From Candidatus Woesearchaeota archaeon (GTDB lineage Archaea > Nanobdellota > Nanobdellia > SCGC-AAA011-G17 > JAFCDX01): a stretch of 64,000 bases of DNA. Positions 59,307 to 64,000 of the stretch are shown one piece after another (position 1 is the first letter of the stretch; the number at the start of each line of letters is the position of its first letter). The notes beneath the pieces are model-generated. The model was not told the DNA's origin and ran no database searches. It saw only the letters and a program-made list of their open reading frames with translations. Position numbers and translations under genes: made by a program. Location of the stretch: contig JAFCDX010000002.1 of NCBI GenBank assembly GCA_017609465.1, positions 11,881-75,880 of the forward strand, read 5' to 3'.

Positions 59307-59921
59307 ATGAAATTTAAAGGAATTTACATAGTATTTGTATTGATTTTGTTAATTATACCTATTATTAATGCTATCCCTCCATGGGAAAGAGAGCAAAATG
59401 ATGATGGGGGCTCAGAAATAATAGTAATAAATCAAACTACTTTTCCTGAAGAGGATGGAATTAATTGGGAAATGATTGGAGTTATTTTTACTGCTGTTGT
59501 ATTGATTGGGGGATTTTTACTTACAAGATTAAAAAAAGGAGCAACATCAAAATATCTTAAAGATATAAAAGAAGTTTATTCCACATGCAAGAATGATCAG
59601 GAAAAATGTGAATCAAAATTATTAAGTTTAAAGGATAAGATAGAAAATGATTTTTCAAAAGGAAAACTTAATGAGCAGAGTTATGATATTCTTGACAGGA
59701 AAATAGAGAGTTATCTTGGTGAAATGAGAAAAGGAATCATTGGAGCGAGATTTGACTTATCAAAAGAAGACAAGAAATTTGTTGATAAAGTATTGAAAGA
59801 TGGAGTTATTGACAAAGAAGAGTATGAAAAACTTTCCAAAATGGATTTCAAAGAATTAAGCAATGAAAAGAAAGACAAATTGTTCAAGTTGATAAATAAG
59901 TGGAGAAAGAAAAAGAATTAA
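59307..59921 (+). CDS. Membrane protein with SHOCT-like C-terminal repeats
   Basis: Signal/TM helix, second TM helix (IGVIFTAVVLIGGFLLT), then KGKLNEQSYDILDRKI and LKDGVIDKEEYEKL (SHOCT-like motifs). Confidence 0.45.
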   Translation: MKFKGIYIVFVLILLIIPIINAIPPWEREQNDDGGSEIIVINQTTFPEEDGINWEMIGVIFTAVVLIGGFLLTRLKKGATSKYLKDIKEVYSTCKNDQEKCESKLLSLKDKIENDFSKGKLNEQSYDILDRKIESYLGEMRKGIIGARFDLSKEDKKFVDKVLKDGVIDKEEYEKLSKMDFKELSNEKKDKLFKLINKWRKKKN

Positions 59922-60475
59922 ATCTTTTTGAGAAATACTAGAAATCCAGTATGTCCTATTATCTTTGATTTTGGTCTTATTCTTTGATTTTCAAACAACC
60001 AGTTTCTCCTTATTATCTCAGTAACCTTTGTTAACCTTAAATTATTTAAATTATTAATAAGATCCTGGACCTGAGTTATGGAAGGAAGATAGCAAACTAA
60101 AAAACCCATTTTATTTAATGATTTTTCTGCAATATCTAAATAATCATGGGGGTTTGGAAGATCCAGTATGAAAACATCAATGTTTTTTTCATTTGCTTCT
60201 GAAATATTCTTGTTGACTAATTTTATATTTTTAAAACCTAATTTTGTGAAATTCTTTTTTGCTAATTCATAGAAATTCTCTCTTTTTTCATATGTTATCA
60301 CTTTTTTTGATATATTTGCAAGATAAGAAGTTAACATTCCAGAACCTGTTCCTGCTTCTAAAATTTTGGAATTCTTTCCTATTCCTGTTTCTGTTATTAT
60401 TATTCCTATATCTTTTGGAAGGATTACTTGGGGCCCTCTCTTTAGTTTTTTAATTCTTGTTATAAAGTCTTTCAT
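59918..60475 (-). CDS. trmI: tRNA (adenine-N1)-methyltransferase TrmI/Trm61-like
   Basis: ILEAGTGSGMLTSYLA motif I, VFILDLPNPHDYL, GFLVCYLPS. Confidence 0.75.
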   Translation of the reverse strand: MKDFITRIKKLKRGPQVILPKDIGIIITETGIGKNSKILEAGTGSGMLTSYLANISKKVITYEKRENFYELAKKNFTKLGFKNIKLVNKNISEANEKNIDVFILDLPNPHDYLDIAEKSLNKMGFLVCYLPSITQVQDLINNLNNLRLTKVTEIIRRNWLFENQRIRPKSKIIGHTGFLVFLKKI

Positions 60476-60587
60476 GTTTTTTATTAAAGTTATTTCTTTA
60501 TATATATTTTGTATTTTTATTGTTAAACAACATAATTGTTTATATACTGGATGAATTATATTATTATCACTTTGGAGGTGGGAAAAG

Positions 60588-60776
60588 ATGGTGGATAGAA
60601 AAGAGAGTTATGAAAGCTTGAAAAGAAAAGTCAATGATATGAAGAACAAAGTTTCAGAAATGGAAATGAATTTTGAAAAAAAAGTGGAAGATCATCCTTT
60701 GCAATCTGTAGCAATAGCCTTTAGTGCAGGTGCTTTGTTTGGTGCATTGGCAGTAGCTCTATTAAAGAAAAAATGA
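60588..60776 (+). CDS. DUF883 (ElaB/YqjD)-like tail-anchored small protein
   Basis: GGAGGTG Shine-Dalgarno 8 nt upstream. Coiled-coil N-terminus. C-terminus HPLQSVAIAFSAGALFGALAVALLKKK matches the ElaB-family tail pattern. Confidence 0.45.
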   Translation: MVDRKESYESLKRKVNDMKNKVSEMEMNFEKKVEDHPLQSVAIAFSAGALFGALAVALLKKK

Positions 60777-61048
60777 ACTTATTTAAAATTTTTAATATCA
60801 TTAGCAAAGAGTCAAGAAATCTGATAAATGATTTCGAGAAAATTATAAATATTAAACTAAACAGATTTAAGAAAAAAATATTCTTCTTTAGCTTTGAATT
60901 GTTGTTTATTGTATTAAGTATTATATTCCTGATTTTAGGGAGCATATTATTTTTATCTAGATTTTTACCTATAGACTTAATTATTATAATATACGGGTTT
61001 TTATTATTATACATTGCTTTTATAATTAAATTATTAAGCCCTAGATGA
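60773..61048 (+). CDS. Small two-TM membrane protein (YqjE-like partner?)
   Basis: ATGA overlap with the preceding ORF and two hydrophobic helices. Preferred over the antisense ORF 60721..61179. Confidence 0.35.
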   Translation: MNLFKIFNIISKESRNLINDFEKIINIKLNRFKKKIFFFSFELLFIVLSIIFLILGSILFLSRFLPIDLIIIIYGFLLLYIAFIIKLLSPR

Positions 61049-61411
61049 TTAAATTTTTTTCTTTGCTTTCCTGCAGAAATAATCTTTACATTCCTCCATT
61101 CTTTTTTTGTGATTAAGACATAATGCTTTTCCTGTTTTTGTGAAAGATAAATGTTTGCATTTTCCAAGATGAGCTTCAATTACGACTTCCTTATCTTTGT
61201 TGTTCCATTCTATCTCATCCTTGTATATTCTTTTTACTGGAAGACCTATTCTCTTAAGACGTCTTTCATATTTCTCGACAAGAATTTTTTCTATTTGTTT
61301 TTTTGTTTTTGCGTTGTTTGTTAATCTTGGCAAGTCCTTGTAATCATATCCTTTTTGCCAATACATATTTTGACAGCATCTTCCACATCTTTCACATTTT
61401 CCGTTTGCCAT
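61049..61411 (-). CDS. YkgJ/UPF0153-like cysteine-cluster protein, second copy
   Basis: CERCGRCC (CxxCxxCC) at the N-terminus, plus CKHL...CLNH...C..YFC. Confidence 0.5.
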   Translation of the reverse strand: MANGKCERCGRCCQNMYWQKGYDYKDLPRLTNNAKTKKQIEKILVEKYERRLKRIGLPVKRIYKDEIEWNNKDKEVVIEAHLGKCKHLSFTKTGKALCLNHKKRMEECKDYFCRKAKKKI

Positions 61412-61466
61412 TTAAGTCACTGTAATTTTGTTAAAGTAGAAAATAGTTTCTTTTTAAATGTTTTCA

Positions 61467-61589
61467 TGCGGGAGACAGGATTCGAACCTGCGTAGGCACT
61501 AAGCCAGTAGGTATCTTAAGTCACAGGTAAATACCTCATTTCTCAAGTTTTCTTGAGCCTACCCCGTTTGACCGCTCCGGCACTCCCGC
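61467..61589 (-). tRNA. tRNA-Leu(CAA) with 39-nt canonical intron (123 nt)
   Basis: Reverse complement has acceptor GCGGGAG/CTCCCGC with discriminator A, anticodon stem GTAGG/CCTAC, loop CTCAAG[intron]A, long variable arm (GGC-TTAGT-GCC) and T arm GCAGG-TTCGAAT-CCTGT. The intron contains CTTGAG, complementary to the CTCAAG loop. Confidence 0.85.
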
Positions 61590-61634
61590 ATAATAAAAAT
61601 GTTATATCTTTTGTTTAAAAACATTTCCATAATC

Positions 61635-61643
61635 TTTATAAAT
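61635..61643 (+). promoter_or_regulatory. Candidate TATA box of the wHTH-ABC operon
   Basis: TTTATAAAT about 65 nt upstream of ATG 61708. The predicted transcription start falls inside the first GAAATTTCAGAAAA repeat. Confidence 0.35.
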
Positions 61644-61665
61644 AAGAAAGTATTCTGAAAATTAG

Positions 61666-61706
61666 GAAATTTCAGAAAATTCAAAAGTTTTTGAAATTTC
61701 AGAAAA
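61666..61706 (+). promoter_or_regulatory. Two exact 14-nt direct repeats with palindromic cores (candidate operator)
   Basis: GAAATTTCAGAAAA at 61666-61679 and 61693-61706. Each contains the self-complementary GAAATTTC. A related inverted TTCTGAAAATT lies at 61653-61663. Confidence 0.5.
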
Positions 61707-61707
61707 A

Positions 61708-62151
61708 ATGTCAGATAAAGAAATTATTAAGGAATTGGCAAGGGATATTGGGAGAGTTTATACAGAATTTGGATTCCCAGAAACAACAGGACAAGTTTGG
61801 GTAATATTACATTTTACTGGTCCAATGACACAATCTGAATTAAAAAAAGAACTGGATTGTGGTATTGGGTCAATAAGCCAGTCATTGAAAGTTTTGGAAA
61901 AAATAGGAGCAATTAAAATAATAGGGAAAAAAGGGCGTCAGAGAGTTTATGGTGTAGAAGACTCTATTAGGAAGGTTACTAAAAAAAAGATTGATATGGC
62001 CCTTAATAATATTTTATTTCCAATTAATCAGGCCCTTGAAAACAGCATTAAAAAAGTAAAAAACAAGGATACAAAAGAAAAAATGAACAAATTAAAATCA
62101 AAATTTTCAAAAATGGAAAAATTAGTAAAAATAATACAGAGTGTAACATGA
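61708..62151 (+). CDS. Winged-helix transcription regulator (GbsR/MarR-like, COG1510-type)
   Basis: GQVWVILHFTGPMTQSELKKELDCGIGSISQSLKVLEKIGAIKIIGKKGRQRVY is a wHTH. 4-nt overlap with the ABC ATPase gene. Confidence 0.6.
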   Translation: MSDKEIIKELARDIGRVYTEFGFPETTGQVWVILHFTGPMTQSELKKELDCGIGSISQSLKVLEKIGAIKIIGKKGRQRVYGVEDSIRKVTKKKIDMALNNILFPINQALENSIKKVKNKDTKEKMNKLKSKFSKMEKLVKIIQSVT

Positions 62152-62822
62152 AAAATGTGATAGAACTTCAGGACATATGGAAAATTTACAAGATGGGGGA
62201 AGTGGAAGTTCCCGCATTAAGGGGAATGAATTTGAAAGTTAAAGACAAGGAATTTCTTACAGTAATGGGTCCGTCTGGTTCAGGAAAGTCAACTGCATTA
62301 AACATGATAGGATGTCTTGATGTTCCGACAAAAGGAAAAGTTCTTTTGGATGGACATGATATATCAAAATTAGATGAAGATAATTTAGCTAAAATAAGAG
62401 GAAAGAAGATAGGTTTTGTTTTTCAGACTTTTAATTTAGTTTCTTCATTGAACGCATTGGATAATGTTACTCTTCCTATGATATTTCAAGGAATTACAAA
62501 AGAAGAAAGAGACAAAAAAGCAGCGCAATTATTGGATAGTGTTGGTCTTGGAAATAGGGTATTGCATCAACCAAATCAATTGAGTGGGGGGGAAAGACAG
62601 AGGGTCGCAATTGCAAGATCATTGGCAAATGACCCCGAGGTTATATTGGCGGATGAGCCTACAGGTAATTTGGACACAAAAAGTGGAAAAGAAGTAATGA
62701 AAATATTTCAAAAACTTCATAAAGAAGAAAACAAGACAATAGTTATGATAACTCATGATCCAGATATTGCTAAATATGGGGAAAGACAAGTAAGACTTCA
62801 AGATGGGAGGATTTTAGGTTGA
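62148..62822 (+). CDS. ABC transporter ATP-binding protein (MacB/LolD/FtsE-like)
   Basis: Walker A GPSGSGKST, Q-loop, signature LSGGERQRVAIARSL, Walker B ILADEPTGNLD, H-loop ITHD. Confidence 0.9.
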   Translation: MKNVIELQDIWKIYKMGEVEVPALRGMNLKVKDKEFLTVMGPSGSGKSTALNMIGCLDVPTKGKVLLDGHDISKLDEDNLAKIRGKKIGFVFQTFNLVSSLNALDNVTLPMIFQGITKEERDKKAAQLLDSVGLGNRVLHQPNQLSGGERQRVAIARSLANDPEVILADEPTGNLDTKSGKEVMKIFQKLHKEENKTIVMITHDPDIAKYGERQVRLQDGRILG

Positions 62823-64000
62823 AAATTAATAATATATTATGGATTTTTGTAATTTTAATATTGATTAATCCTGTTTTTGCTATAGAAGAAACTTTTTATG
62901 AAGATGTATCTGGAAAAACATTCTATCCTAATATAGAAATAGTAAAGTTGAGATATGAACCATATCCTGTAAAACCAGGAGATTATTTTGATTTATGGCT
63001 TGAAGTGCAAAATACAGGAGAAGACCCTGCTGAAGATTTTATAATAACTTTTGTTGAAAATTATCCTTTCTTTTTGGACCCTAGTGAAAAACCATTAAGA
63101 GAAGTTGCTTTTATAGATGGAAAGCAAGTTGTAGTTTTTAAATATAAAGTTAGAGTTGATGAAAGAGCAGTTGAAGAAGATGCTGAATTAAAAGTAAGAT
63201 TTAAACATGGAGGTATTGCATGGGAAACACAATCTTTTGATATATCTATTGAGACTGTTAGCCCTGTTTTTTATATAGAGACCAGCACAGAGCCTGATAG
63301 ATTAAAACAAGGAAAGGTTGGTAAATTAAATTTTAAATTAACAAATTCTCTTACCTCTGTTATGAGGGATATTACATTGAAGTTGGATTTAGATGACTTA
63401 CCATTTACACCTGTAGGATCTTCTGTTGAAAGGAAAATAGGGAGCATAGCATCAAATTCTTTTGGAAAAACTGATTTTGACATAATGCCATCACCAAAGG
63501 CAGCAAGCGGAGTTTACAAGATACCTTTGACTGTAACATATTATGACAAGTCAGGAGCACAATATACCAAAGAGGATATTGTTGGTGTTTTGGTTGATGA
63601 TGATGCAGAATTCCAATTGAACCTTGAAGAATCAGAGGTTGTTATGGAAAGGCAGGCAGGAAAAGTTGTTGTTTCAATATCAAATATAGCCGAGAGTGAT
63701 GTAAAGTTCTTAAGCATAGAGTTGTTGGGATCTGATTATTATAGGGTTTTGAGCAATCCAAGAGTTTATATAGGTAATCTTGAAGCAGACGATTATGAAA
63801 CTGCGGAATTTGATATTTATGTTAGAGATTCGGTAAGGGGAAAAACACCATTGAAATTCTTGATAAATTACAAGGACCCTTTCAATGAAGCACACTCAGA
63901 TGTAAAAAACATAGGTCTTCCAATATATAATTATTTTCAGGCTACGAGTTTTGGTTTAGTTGAGAAAAAATTTAGTATATTCAATTTATTGTTAACATTA
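62819..64000 (+). CDS. Secreted multi-beta-sandwich protein (COG1361/CARDB-like), 3'-truncated by window edge; absent from ORF track
   Basis: The frame is open from TTG 62819 (overlapping the ABC stop) to base 64000. Signal peptide KINNILWIFVILILINPVFA, then repeated modules of about 110 aa (PGDYFDLWLEVQNTGEDPAEDF..., GKVGKLNFKLTNSLTSVMRDI..., GKVVVSISNIAESDVKFL...). Confidence 0.6.
   Translation, partial: MKINNILWIFVILILINPVFAIEETFYEDVSGKTFYPNIEIVKLRYEPYPVKPGDYFDLWLEVQNTGEDPAEDFIITFVENYPFFLDPSEKPLREVAFIDGKQVVVFKYKVRVDERAVEEDAELKVRFKHGGIAWETQSFDISIETVSPVFYIETSTEPDRLKQGKVGKLNFKLTNSLTSVMRDITLKLDLDDLPFTPVGSSVERKIGSIASNSFGKTDFDIMPSPKAASGVYKIPLTVTYYDKSGAQYTKEDIVGVLVDDDAEFQLNLEESEVVMERQAGKVVVSISNIAESDVKFLSIELLGSDYYRVLSNPRVYIGNLEADDYETAEFDIYVRDSVRGKTPLKFLINYKDPFNEAHSDVKNIGLPIYNYFQATSFGLVEKKFSIFNLLLTL

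Noticed and set aside
60721-61179. 152-aa minus-strand ORF.
   Set aside because: It overlaps the well-supported Cys-cluster gene (61049-61411) in another frame and is Asn/Ile/Lys low-complexity. The plus-strand SD-led pair is more credible.

Overview
This is a very AT-rich, tightly packed window (G+C about 30% by eye, not computed), with many 1-4 nt gene overlaps. It looks like a small-genome, DPANN-like archaeon. The archaeal markers are an aTrm56 tRNA methyltransferase, a PIN-ATPase-KH protein, three tRNAs without encoded CCA (two with introns, one apparently with two), and TATA-like boxes about 25 nt upstream of many ATGs.

Bases 1-32150 form one large envelope-glycan or glycolipid tailoring island. 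It holds about 9 glycosyltransferases (GT2, GT4 and two ArnT/PMT-like GT-C enzymes), 6 SAM methyltransferases including a sugar C-methyltransferase, and FOUR paralogous cobalamin-type (class B) radical SAM enzymes. It also has a flavoenzyme, a Cys-cluster protein, a GDP-mannose 4,6-dehydratase plus aminotransferase route, two cupins, a Wzx-like flippase, two carbamoyltransferases with SxtJ-like and DUF5989-like small membrane partners, and an SGNH hydrolase.

Bases 32200-64000 are mostly housekeeping:
- purine/MTA salvage (MTAP, APRT), TatD, an HD hydrolase and SecDF
- an Lrp/AsnC regulator divergent from a complete bacterial-type chaperone block (groES-groEL-hsp20-grpE-dnaK-dnaJ)
- three secreted Cys-rich/PKD/TSP3-like surface proteins
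- a decayed SDR pseudogene and a P2-type Ca-ATPase
- a PIG-L deacetylase + GT4 pair and a RelE/RHH toxin-antitoxin pair
- TrmI, and a wHTH regulator + ABC transporter operon

The best candidate for an undescribed system is the 12-kb co-directional radical-SAM/GT/MT/flavoenzyme operon at 5340-17530, together with its flanking fourth rSAM and second GT-C.

All family calls come from motif recognition by eye. No searches or alignments were run.
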